A stretch of 64,000 bases of DNA from Salisapilia sapeloensis CBS 127946 (lineage: Eukaryota > Protista > Oomycota), in contig JAADVB010000063.1 of NCBI GenBank assembly GCA_023334545.1, forward strand, positions 1-64,000. The letters run 5' to 3'. Under the pieces are notes generated by a model. The model was not told the DNA's origin. It made no database searches and worked only from the letters and a program-made list of their open reading frames with translations. A program made the position numbers and the translations under genes. Of the stretch, positions 11,818-23,500 are shown one piece after another (the first letter of the stretch is position 1; each line of letters starts with the position of its first letter).

Positions 11818-12943
11818 ATGGCATCGAGTTCAGCGAACCTCGAGTCTCACGACTATTACGAGAACTTGGGTGTATCCTCCTCAGCGACAGATCAGGAGAT
11901 TAAAAAAGCGTACACTCTCTTACGGTTGTATATGTATCGAATAGAGAATTGACGTGGAAGTAGGTACCGGAAGCTTGCTATCAAGTACCATCCAGACAAG
12001 AACCCAAACGCGAGGGCCGAGTCCGAGCACAATTTTAAGATCGTAGGAGAGGCTTATAACGTCCTGTCAGACCCTGAAAAGCGTTCTATCTGTATTCTAT
12101 TTCGTATACAAAGCAGCATACAAGGACCATTCTCATGAATTTAATGGAGTAGACGATACGTATGGAAAAGAAGGATTGGAGGACGGAGCGGAACCCATGA
12201 CGAAAGAGCGGGCGATGAAGATCTTCCAGGACTTTTTCCGTTTCGGTGATCCCATGGACCCCGAAGCGCCGGACACCGCCAAAGGCTATCGACGAGCAGC
12301 CGGTGGTGTCCTCTACGCACCTGCGAAAGGACTCATGTATGGCGGTAAGTCGTTATTAGGAGGTGTCGTCATGGGTTCTGCTGCCGTGGCAGTGGGTGCT
12401 GGTGCCATGGTTGCGAATCTAGCGTTTGGTGTCAAGGAAATGGGTGAAGCAGGCGTTTTAGCTACGAAGAAGCATCGGGAGAAGAAGAAGTATCGACAGT
12501 CGAGTAGTAGTAGCGAGAACCGATCGAGTTGTCCAGCCGCACCGATGGAAGAAAATTCGGAAGGCGTCGTTGTGGACAATGCGAATGATAAGCCAGTACC
12601 TACTTTTGCAGGTGGCTTTAAGAAAGCGACTGTCGGTGCCTTCTCTGCACCCTTCGCCGTACGTATAAACTTATCTAGCACAGTGTCATGAATCTTAATG
12701 ATAGCTTAGGGAATCGTGACGGGGGGTGGTGTCTTGTTAGCGAGTGGAGTTGCAGCTGGAGGCTACGTCGTCGGCGGATTTGCTGGAGCTGCCAGTAACG
12801 TTGCGAGTGGTGTGCAGGAAGTTCAGTTAGCACGAAGGAAGAAGCGTAGCCAATCCATGATGGGGTTCAATTTACCAAAGACCAACTTTTTCTCTCGATC
12901 GAACCGTACTTCGGCACCAGCAGATCCACAGTCGAGTCAATAG
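11818..12943 (+). CDS. Class C J-domain (DnaJ/Hsp40) protein with duplicated Gly/Ala-rich hydrophobic segment; 4 exons
   Basis: [20 protein letters not shown]|[14 protein letters not shown]...[19 protein letters not shown]|YDTYGKEGL: complete J-domain with HPD. Last intron 12659..12709 (51 nt) joins ORFs 12176..12691 and 12716..12943. Confidence 0.88.
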
Positions 12944-12957
12944 AATTATGAATCTTG

Positions 12958-14252
12958 CTAATCGATTTTATCATTCCTTCGTCGGCGTTTACATGATATG
13001 ATGATACAAACAAGGAAGGTTGTGATGTATAACAAGAAGAGGTGGGGTTCATGTGGTAAGCTACACATGTGGACTTGATGCGACGATAACGACAGGAGAC
13101 CGTAGGAAGGATCTGGTCGTTGACCCCAAGAGAAGGATGGAATCGTGTACTCGAGAGTTCTATCGTGCTTGTATGAGCATTGAGCGTGTGTATGACCAGA
13201 GAGTATGATGTCTGGAGATAATTTCTCCAAGATTTCCGTCGAAAGCGACTTGGACAACACGTGTTTGTGTTCTGCATAAGCGAAAGAAGGGTGTTCGTAT
13301 GTGATGTGTCCTCCCTCACGTAGTCGATGTGGACCGCATTGAAGGTCATTTGGACGGTAGAATGGGAGGTGGGATAGGAGGATGGTCGATCCGTTGGATG
13401 GATGCAGGAGATCGCTCGAGACGATGTCGTCCAAAAATCTAGATAACCACATGAGGCAATCGTTATGGTGTGGTTGTATGCAATATGATGTACGCTTTCG
13501 ATTGGGAGTAAAGATAGGTGGGTGCGTCAGTGTCTAGTGCCATGGTGTTGAGTTGGATGAAAGTGTGGCCGCGAAAGGAGGAAATAGCGTTGGCAGGTCC
13601 GAAAGAGGACTCGTAGCGTTGAACAAGAGCTGGCGATAGAAACTTGCCGAACGCACTGTCGTGATTGCCAAGCTATACGACGAAGAGGCTGTTACGCAAT
13701 GCACAAAAGGAAATTTACAAAGTGATGGCGTACTAGGTAGAGTGTCGGAATGTCCCTCGCTCGTGAAAAAGCAGAGAAGAATCGATCAGTGTATTCCTGC
13801 AGTAGAAACCATTGAGATATTCATTTTGTATCGGAGAGAGATGTATCTAGTAAATACCTTCCATGCCTCGGCGGCAGTTCTTTGCGTACCTTCATCCAGT
13901 TGGTCTCCTAGAACCAGTACTAGATCTGGTTTGTGGATATCAATAGCTGATGTGACGCTCATACTTATCTATAAGACCGGATATACCATGTTAATGGGCA
14001 TGCAAGTCATGTAGCTTAATTATAATGGTAGCTGACCTGCCAATCGATCCAGATACGTTCGATCCATGATCGACGGCGACGACCGAGGAGATGCACATCA
14101 GACACAACAAGTGCCTGAAGCTCTTCTACATCTGACATGGTATTGCTGACCGTATCTGGGTAGCTGCAGGTAATAGCAAAGAGATAAAAGATGCCAATTT
14201 GGCCAAAAAGGAGCACGACAAGCACGATTAAGCACACCACTTGCCACTTCAT
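12958..14252 (-). CDS. MPPE1: Metallophosphoesterase, MPPE1/PGAP5/Cdc1-like; multi-exon, N- and C-terminal TM segments
   Basis: Calcineurin-like motifs across exons: VVSDVHLLG, GNHD (near 13660), LLSHLPFY, ILSGHTH, TIPSFSW. RRRSWIERIWIDWQ resembles the MPPE1 D-H-x..RE-W-Q region. C-terminal TM plus basic tail. Confidence 0.78.
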
Positions 14253-14705
14253 TCTAATAGCAATAGAGTTAGCTCATCAGTTAGACCACTTTGATTAGAA
14301 TAAACGGTTGTATTACGTTTCTGGATATGATGGCCGGCCGACGTACGCTGCTTGTCGAGATGGTAGCTCCTCGAGTGCTATTCGACAATTGCTAATTTAG
14401 TGTCTGAGTACTCTTGTCATGCATTTCATTTGGTATTTGTATGCTCTGATCTATTGTATATTTCTCTGATGTAGCTTTTAGCATCAGCTACATGCAAAAC
14501 TTATCTCTTCCATCAGACACTACTATAGACTTAATATAAGGTGTTAACACCACAGTCAAGTGCAGTCATTTAGTAAAGCACCATCAACACGTTCAAAGTC
14601 TACTGAAAGTGAATTGCTGTGATCTAAACTAGCATTTAGCCTAATTGCTCGTTGAAGTTGCGATAGAAGTAGGAATAGTGACGCACAAAATGGGCACAAA
14701 ACAAA

Positions 14706-15265
14706 ATGTCTGATGAAGTGGATCGAGGCGAGGATTATCAGCAACGTCACAGCATTGTATATGGTGTCGGCAGCATTTGTGAAGAAGAAGGTATTACTGG
14801 CATTCTGTCTCTATGTGGAAATGTAAGAATAGCATCTTGAAGACTTGTGTGGGTAGTGAAACGACAGCGAGAGGAGAGTGACGGTCGTCCAAAGCCTGTG
14901 CCGTCGAAAGAGACACTTATGCTGCTAGGTGACTTGGTTCAGAAAGAAGCTGAAAGTAAGCTGTATTCATTTCATTCCTGCAGGCTAATTTACAGCTTCT
15001 ATTAACGCGATATGAATACAGTTATGGCGACAGAGCTGCAGCACTTTGCAAACCATGCGAATCACAAAATTATTAAAGCAGAAGACGTGCTTCTGTGTGC
15101 AAGAAAGCTTCCTCATATTGTATCTATGATATATTTAGACACTTGTAGGCTTTCATTTTTAATATATTGATGCACTAGTCCAAACTGTTGCAACAGTACC
15201 AGCGTGAGAATTTCCAGTCTCCGAGAAAACGCCGTCGGTTAATAGCGCATGATGAAGATGAATAA
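14706..15265 (+). CDS. CENPS: CENP-S/MHF1 histone-fold protein; 4 short exons, absent from the ORF track
   Basis: Manual splice: MSDEVDRGEDYQQRHSIVYGVGSICEEE|VKRQREESDGRPKPVPSKETLMLLGDLVQKEAE|IMATELQHFANHANHKIIKAEDVLLCARKLPHI|SKLLQQYQRENFQSPRKRRRLIAHDEDE*. Y.VG.ICEE and EL..FA.HA....I..EDV.L..R are CENP-S signatures. Confidence 0.8.
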
Positions 15266-15332
15266 TACAGACGCAAATCTTTATAACAATCGCAATCTTA
15301 CCTAAAAACTTCTTATATACAACAACAAATGA

Positions 15333-16779
15333 CTAGGCTGCTCTAGTCGACTTGGATCGATCGCGACGCATACTCGAAAACCGATGTCTGCTATGGGTAT
15401 CTCTTTGTAGAGCATCTTCCAATACACTTATCGATCCTTCATCTGAAGATGATAATCGAAAGGAATACGATGGTGGCTCCGCTGCCTTTACTTCCGAGCT
15501 GAAGGACCATAAGAATGCGGACCCGCGCGGGTGCTTCGACTCTGCTTGGATTGATTTATATTCCGATGTCTCCGATGACAGTGCTGTTGGTCGGAAGGTA
15601 TCAATTGAGTCTTTTTTATCTGGTGTCAAGTCAAGCGCATTGGATTCAAATATTTTAAATTCACCAGACTGGTACAACCTCAAAATTGTTTTCTCCGCCG
15701 CTAGCATGTCCATGATCAGTTGTCCCAAATAATCCAACGTTTTCACCACCTTCGATGACGTTAAATCACTGCGAGGCTTGGTATCAAATGCAAAGACACA
15801 GCCAATAATTCCATAAGAACTTGCCCATGGATCGCTTTGATCCGATAGTGGGGCACTGGCTACGAACTGGAATGTCTCTCGTGATCTACCTGGTAAATGG
15901 GCATCCAACGGTTGCGAAAAAGAGTATGAGCTTTTCTCCAGTGACGAATGACGACAAAGAGATAAAAATTCATCCGAGTGGAACATGCTAACCCTCAAGT
16001 TGTGATACGCGACTACCCAAACGAAGTCATCTTCAAGTAGTACGATAGCACAGCTCTTACAGTCCAGGTAGTCTTCGACGAGAGAGCAGACAGATTGCAG
16101 GCGAACATTGTCATGTTGGCTCACGGTGACTTTATACTGTGCTACCCACGCTTCTGGCGGTTCGCACGGCGTAAGTGCCGAGGAGATGATGTATGGCGCA
16201 TGAGGAGATCGAGGAACGGTGGGTGATGACTCACTCGCTGGAGGAGTGGGAAGAGATCTAGATCGTCCACGTTGCAGCGTATACGGTCCAGGACTATGGT
16301 GATGCGAAGGCGAAATGTCTGCTGGATCATTTCGAGTGGAATGTGTAGAGCGAACAACGCTAGCTTCTCTAGATACCGATCGATGTCCGTACTCTCTCGG
16401 TGCTGGAAGAGTGCCTTGCTGAAAAAGGCATCGACCACAAGTATGTGCGAGCTGTACGCCTTGCATCGGTACGTCCACCATCATGGGGCTTAGGCATCTT
16501 CGACAGCAGACATCACCACACTATTGATAAAGAGGATCGGATTTAGTTTAGCTATAAGTTTTAATAAGATTAATGCAGCAGTAAGAAGCTTACCGCTCGG
16601 CAATGATGCTTGCGTCGAAAGAGACTGAATCTACGAACGCAGACGCCACATCGCTTCGTATCCGACGCTTGTTTCCATCGAGTCGTGGGAATGCCTTCCA
16701 GGACAATGGTTTGATACGCTTGATGCGGTAATTGATGCGTGAGCCTAGGACCCAGCGACGACAAACTGGTTCTTTGCAT
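15333..16779 (-). CDS. FYVE zinc finger + GAF-like domain protein; 2 exons
   Basis: WKQASDTKRCGVCVRRFSLFRRKHHCRA|CGDVCCRRC...HTCGRC is a FYVE finger. The downstream LQSVCSLVEDYLDCKSCAIVLL...LCRHS...FQFVASAPL....IIGCVFAFDTKPR is a GAF-like fold. The FYVE-GAF pairing is common in oomycetes. Confidence 0.75.
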
Positions 16780-16852
16780 CCCCGCCTCCTCAGTCTGTTC
16801 GTATCGGCCTTATTGCTAAAGTGGTCTCATATCTATCTACGCGAAGAAATTG

Positions 16853-16860
16853 TCACGTGA
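16853..16860. promoter_or_regulatory. TCACGTGA palindrome in a 246-nt divergent promoter
   Basis: Perfect 8-bp G-box/E-box palindrome between ATGs at 16779 (-) and 17026 (+). Motif match only. Confidence 0.3.
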
Positions 16861-17025
16861 GACTGTTCAAATTGTTTGAAGCGGCTTTTGACGCGTCACC
16901 GATCGCTTACTTGGGACTTGTAACGCCCGATGAGACTGCTGAAAAGTTTCTCGCAAGTTTCAGTCTGAATGCAGAAGCTCTCTTCTTCCAATGAACTTGC
17001 CACTACGAAGGTGCAGTCCAGTGCC

Positions 17026-18407
17026 ATGACGGACAGTAGTCGGGATAGATTTTTCCATGACCCCATAGATGGACATAGCGGCAGTGTTTCCATGATACTA
17101 GTGTCAGGTGAACAGGACACAGAGCTAAGCATATCGATGAAGCAAGTTTTCTTTAATGGATGGGAAAATACCACCAAGGTAGCGCTCTAATCATATAATT
17201 CGGAGTACAAATATCTAACTTCTAGCTAATGTTACTCGTCTGGCAGGCGGAAGAATTGGAACAATCACTTTCTATAAAACTTGACTCACTTGAAGCCGAC
17301 GATGAAAAGATAAACTCTTCCGCCTCTATCCCTGTCATCATCGCAGGGCCCAAGAGCACACGATTTAGTTTAAAAGGTCATATCGCGAGTACGCACAGCC
17401 TTTTGTTAAAAGTTGGTCAAAATTGCTGCTATTCAGTATCTTTCACACCACCGGCATTGACCGACAGCGATTTTGCCTTTGACAACTTCCAAGACCAAAT
17501 CGCAGTTCATACACGAGAAGGAAGTGTCATTATTTACTTGAAAGCCACGAAGAAATGTGTTAAAATGAGCCAATACTCAGCAATGGAGTACTGCCCTCGA
17601 GCCCTACCATTGGTTCAACCTCCTTCTCTCCACAACTTTGACATGATCGAGAAGCAAGAACGTCTTGATAACGCAGTCGATCGATTGCCAGTAGGATCGG
17701 ATGATAGAAACTTGGTGTTGGACAAGCATATTCAAAACCCAAATTCGGTAAATTCATTGACGGTTCTTCGGTCAAATTTAGATGCTAAGAAAGCGATCGT
17801 GATGCTTCGAGCGCAATATGGAACAACGCAAGCCCCTCGGAAATCAAAACGGAAACCGCCTAGCGACGAGAACGATCCTTTACCAAGTAAAGGAGTTGAG
17901 ATGATTGAAACTTTTAATAGTGTACTAGCTGCTGCAATGAAAGATGTAGATCAGCAAAGAGCAATTGCACAAGAAAGCTTAAAGTTGAACCATTCTAACG
18001 TACGTGCCGAACGTACGACCAGCAGCAAAGACTTTCTTGTCACCGGTGATAGATCCGAAGCGAGTTTAGTGTCTATTATACCTCCGCCGAAGTCATCTAC
18101 CAGAAAGAAGCGTGGGCTTCCTCGAAAGCCACCGAGTCTTTCTCCTCTATCTACACGCTCTTCCATCATGCAGACATCAAACCAAGAAAAGTTTGTAGAG
18201 CACCATTTGTGTGGTACATGGCGACCTGGTAGTCGTGAAGCCTATAGGGTCCAGGAACGTATTCGATCTGGTAATGCGTCAATGGATACTTTCCATGAAC
18301 ATGAAAAAGAGTCGGACGATTCTGATGTTGAGGTAGATCCGTTTCCACACGAACTGGATCAACTTGGGAGTGGTGTGGCAGCATTAGAAAGTAGTATGTA
18401 CGAATGA
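17026..18407 (+). CDS. ASH/PapD-like Ig-domain protein (CFAP221/PCDP1-like N-terminus) with disordered C-terminal half; 2 exons
   Basis: 68-nt intron 17179..17246. KQVFFNGW...EQSLSIK...IIAGPKSTRFSL...LKVGQNCCYSVSFTP...FQDQIAVHT...SVIIYLKA follows the strand pattern of ASH domains in ciliary proteins. Assignment from recalled alignment. Confidence 0.5.
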
Positions 18408-20391
18408 TAAGGATGTCTACTGTGGAAACTTCACGCATATAAAGCCAACTAGAAATATTGCCAAGTCAATAGTCCAATCGACGGACCTACTACCACAAGC
18501 CTATGTGTATGCTGGTGTGTACTACTGTCACGCATGCTGCACCTTGCGATGGCTTACGACGGACTGAGAAAGATAAAATCCACCGTTGAGGAGCACAAAA
18601 ACATATCCGTTGAAGTGTATCTTCATGTCGTTGGGCGATGCGCAACTGTGTTCGCCCGGTCTATTAAAATCCAACAGCGCACGTGTCGATGTGCCAATCG
18701 TAACCTCTTGCAAATCGAGCACAATCGACAGTATTAGACGATCTTGGTTGTATGAACTGCCGTCGATTGTTGCTTCCCACTCACTGCCAAAGCTACCAGT
18801 GAATCTGAGCTGAGGATTTGCTTGCAGTAGAGTCCAGTGGAAACGTAGGTTTGCTGAAAATCCAGGAGATCAGATCTTTGTGAAACCATATCCTTGCGTC
18901 TGTTCGTAAAGTGTTTAACTTCGTACCGCGATGTATGGATAGTTCCATTTTGCAGTGCAATACAGACATTCTTGGTCAGCCTTTTCATTGGAAACTTGGT
19001 GCGAATTGTTGTTAGGATAGGTTAGAAGCTGTATTCGCCAATTCCACATATAATGTAGACATGATTGCAAAAGGCAAGGGTACAGGTATAGATCTGAAAC
19101 TATCTTCTTTAGCATAGCATGGTTGCAAATCGACATGTGCATCGAATATCGAGCCCAGGAAACGATTGGGCAAGATTATACTACAGTAGAATATTTCGAA
19201 TCAATGGGCGTTTTCATCCATGAATGCATAGAGCACCTAGCTGACATTGGCGAAATTTCCAAGGGGTAGAGAGTAGCCCCATGTCAATTTTACCTTTATG
19301 TCGGCTGCATCAAGATAGAACAATCGTATCTTTCTATAGATCTACATGCATAAAAAATCTTCTCGATTTCAAATATTGGATAGCAGTCGCCTCAAGCGCA
19401 TTGAAGAGTTGGAAGAAATGCGATAGTAAGATTACTATGAGTCGAAGACGAATTTATTGTTCATGATCTTGTTTCTATCTATCTGTTGGTAACCTTCGTA
19501 CCACGTTCGCGCAACCCGACAACTTCAACCTTTGGAAAGCTAGCGCATGTCCGATCCGGTGAGCTTCGTTGCAGTCGTTACGAGTGGATTTTTTTGGCAT
19601 CTGTACCGAGGAAAGGATGCGTGTGTGTGGGTCTCACGCCACGCAAGAGCACCTCGATTTTCCACGGAAGTATTTAACTGCATTCGCGATGCGTTCCATG
19701 ATCATGTTGGGTGCGTTCTGAACGTAGGCTGCCATTCTGCTCCTAGCGCGAAGATTCCATGCCCATAGTGGGCGCATGCAGTCGCCCGCAACGCATGGCG
19801 TCCAGCAGCCAACCGAAATGTCGACACCTTGATTATCAACAATCTGCGATGACACAATAAAATCCAGCTATGCTGACACGCAGATGATGTGTTCTGCTTC
19901 AGGTCCTCCTGTCTTCAACTGTCGCTGCTGCTGATCGAATTCTTCATCTAAATTTCCGCGCAAAAGCTCCATGCCTATTGCCAATGCCCATGCCTCGGAT
20001 GTACTGGACGTACTACTGGATTTACTACCTTGAAGGGGTCGGGATTACGATCCCATCGGCTTCTACTGTGTGCAAACCGGTAAAAATAGAATTGTATCTA
20101 TATGTAACAGACGGTCTGACAGGCTAGTACCACTTTCATCCGAATTCTCTCGTCCGAGATCAAATGCATGTTTCTAGCTCACCGAGGTATATCCAGGGGA
20201 GAAGCTGATTCAAATTGGATTTTAATCTTTACTTTCTCCGATGCATGTGAACCAGATTCGACGTACGTAGTATGTGTAGTTTGCTTTGGTTGGATGAATA
20301 GAAATAATCTGAGAATGAGTAATATCAATTTTATTTGTATAAAGTATTCAGAAGTAAAGAAAAGACGTGACGGTTGCTGAGTTTGGGATAA

Positions 20392-20409
20392 GCTCATTTC
20401 CGGATTTGC
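20392..20409 (+). promoter_or_regulatory. Initiator/FPR-like core promoter
   Basis: GCTCATTTCCGGATTTGC about 120 nt upstream of the PMCA ATG resembles the oomycete INR (TCATTYY) followed by a WTTTNC element. Confidence 0.4.
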
Positions 20410-20524
20410 TGCGAAGGTGAAAATAGATTTCCCAGAGCGTGGGAAGTTGCATTTCTTCTAGTTCTGATCGCAACGCTTCCACGACTTCTTGCTTCGTCAT
20501 TCACACAAAGCACGTGTGTTGAGG

Positions 20525-23500
20525 ATGAGCAACTTCAAACTCCACGCGAGCGACTTGATTCGGCTCGTGGAAACGCCGCATGAAAAAGCTGGCGAACAAG
20601 TGTCTTCGCTTGGCGGTGTCCAAGGCGTCGGTGAGAAACTCGGCGTCGACATCTACCAAGGGCTAGACAACAACAACTCGGAGGACCTCAAGCTCCGTGA
20701 AAACGCCTTCGGAAAAAATTATGTCGCGCCGCCGAAGAGCAAAGGCTTCTTTGGTCTTATGTGGGATGCCTTCCAGGACATTACGATGATTATTCTAGCT
20801 GTCTCGGGTGCCATCTCCATCATCCTCGCTGTCGCAGTTGGAGACGACCCGGAAACTGGATGGATTGAAGGCGCGTGTATCGAAGTCGCGGTGCTCGTCG
20901 TGACGGTCGTGACGGCTGCCAACGACTATCAGAAGGAGAAGCAGTTTAGCGTCTTGAATGAAGTGAAAGAAGATGAGAAGATCAAGGTGATTCGCAACGG
21001 CGAGCCGTGTGAAGTGAGCAAGTTTAATTTGATGGTGGGTGACATTGTGCGGGTCGACCTGGGTGACATTATCCCTGCGGACGGCATCGTCTTTGATCAG
21101 AAGGAGATGAAGATGGATGAAAGTGCCATGACAGGTGAATCCGACTTGCTTACTAAGAATGAGGACAATCCGTTCCTTTTGTCCGGCACTAAAGTCATGG
21201 AAGGACTGGGCAAGATGCTTGTAGTAGCTGTGGGTGAGAACTCGCAGGCTGGTATCATCAAGAAACTGATTAATGGCAAGAAGGGAGAGTCGAAAGACAC
21301 GGACAAGAAGCCAGAAGGTAACGATGCTACGAATGAAGATGATGTATACGTGGAAATGGAGACGCCACGCGCTTCCAAGTCGCAAAAGAACGAAGCAGAG
21401 TACGGTGACGATGAAGGAGCTTCTGAATCGCCTTTGGAAGGTAAATTGTACCGCTTGACGGTACTCATCGGAAAGCTCGGTACGGTCGCAGGTCTTCTCG
21501 TCTTTATCGTCATGTGTCTTCGTTTCTCGATTGAAAAGTTCGCGATCGACGGAGAAGACTGGAAGGGAGCGTACTTCAACGACTATCTTGACTTTTTCAT
21601 CCTCGCCATCACAGTGCTTGTCTTGGCGATTCCCGAAGGTCTGCCGCTAGCTGTTACCATCGCACTTGCCTACTCTGTGAAAAAGATGCTACGAGACAAC
21701 AATCTCGTTCGACACTTGGATGCATGTGAAACCATGGGTAGTGCCACGAGCATTTGCTCTGATAAGACAGGAACGTTGACAACGAACCGGATGACTGTCA
21801 TGCGCACGTGGTTGGGTGATCAAGAGTACACTAGTGCAGAAGACGTTCGCCAGGCCATGAGTGAGCACACAAAAGATGCATTCTTACACGGCGTCGCATT
21901 AAATTCGACCGCCGAGATCCTCCCTCCTCGATCTGATGGTGCCCAGCCAGAGCACACTGGTAACAAGACCGAGTGTGCGTTGCTCCAGTTCTCTCGCGAC
22001 TGCGGCGTGGACTATTCACAAGTACGAAAGGAGATCGAAGTTGGACACATGCTCACCTTTAGTAGTGCCAAGAAGCGCATGTCTGTCGTTGTGAAGAACC
22101 AGGATGGATCTAGTCGTATCTATACTAAGGGCGCGACGGAAGTCGTCCTGGGCCTTTGCCAGAACGTCCAGACTGCCGACGGAACGATCTCTGCTTTGGA
22201 TGATGGACGTCGGAAGGAGATTGGGACGACTGTGATTGAAACCTTTGCAACTCAAGGCTTCCGGACGTTGTGTCTAGCCTATCGTGACGTCGATATGCCA
22301 GCAGAAGAACTGTACAATTGGTCCGATGAAGAGATTGAAAAGGAGCTTACGTGTGTCGCTATCGTCGGAATCGAAGATCCTGTTCGTACGGAAGTGCCGG
22401 ACAGTATTGAAAAGTGTAAGCAAGCAGGTATCACTGTGCGGATGGTTACGGGTGATAACATCATGACAGCGCGATCTATTGCACTCAAATGTGGTATCAT
22501 CACCCCAGGCGATGGTGCGCTTGTCATGGAAGGCACCGAGTTCCGATCTCGAGTCCTTGATGCAAGCGGAAATGTGAATCAGACAGAGTTTGACAAGATC
22601 TGGCCGATGCTACGTGTCCTCGCTCGGTCTTCCCCGAAGGACAAGTACACACTTGTGTCAGGTTTGATGCAAACGTCACTCGTGCCGCACGGACCTCAGG
22701 TCGTCGCTGTTACTGGTGACGGCACGAACGACGCACCAGCTCTAAAGCGAGCGAATGTCGGTTTTGCTATGGGTATCAGTGGTACGGCAGTTGCCAAAGA
22801 CGCGTCGGACATTATTCTCATGGACGACAACTTTACGTCGATCGTAAGTGCCATCAAGTGGGGTCGCAACGTCTACGACTCGGTGAGCAAGTTCCTCCAG
22901 TTCCAATTGACCGTCAATATTGTCGCGGTGTCTCTCGCGTTTCTCGGTGCTGTCATCCTCGACCAGTCTCCTCTAACGCCCGTGCAGATGCTATGGGTGA
23001 ACTTGATCATGGACTCGTTTGCGTCCTTGGCACTAGCGACGGAAGAGCCGACGATGGCGCTCCTGGATCGGAAGCCGATCCCTAAGACGCAGCCACTGGT
23101 GTCGAAAAAGATGAGCAAGCACATTATCGGCCAGAGCATCCTGCAGCTCGTCATCCTCTTGGTTCTGTCGTTCAAAGGGCATGTCATCTTCAACGTTCCG
23201 TCTGGTCTCTACAGTGACGTGGACGAAGAGGACCGAGATGACCCGACCAAGCACATGACGATCGTGTTCAACACGTTTGTCTGGATGCAGCTCTTTAACG
23301 AGATCAACTGTCGTCGTATTCATGATGAGAAGAATGTGTTTGATCGGATATGGCAGAACAAGATGTTCCTCTACATCTGTGCGCTGCAGGTCATCATGCA
23401 AGTCATCATCATCCAGTTCACTGGTCGTGTCTTTAGTGTCGCGCCATTGGATGTTGGTGAATGGTTTGTCTGCATCGGTCTAGGCTTCCTCGCATGGCCG

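Noticed and set aside
18888-18895. ATATCCTT, a U12-type 5' splice-site-like motif
   Set aside because: Isolated, with no host gene or U12 branch site identified. All introns I delimited are ordinary GT-AG.
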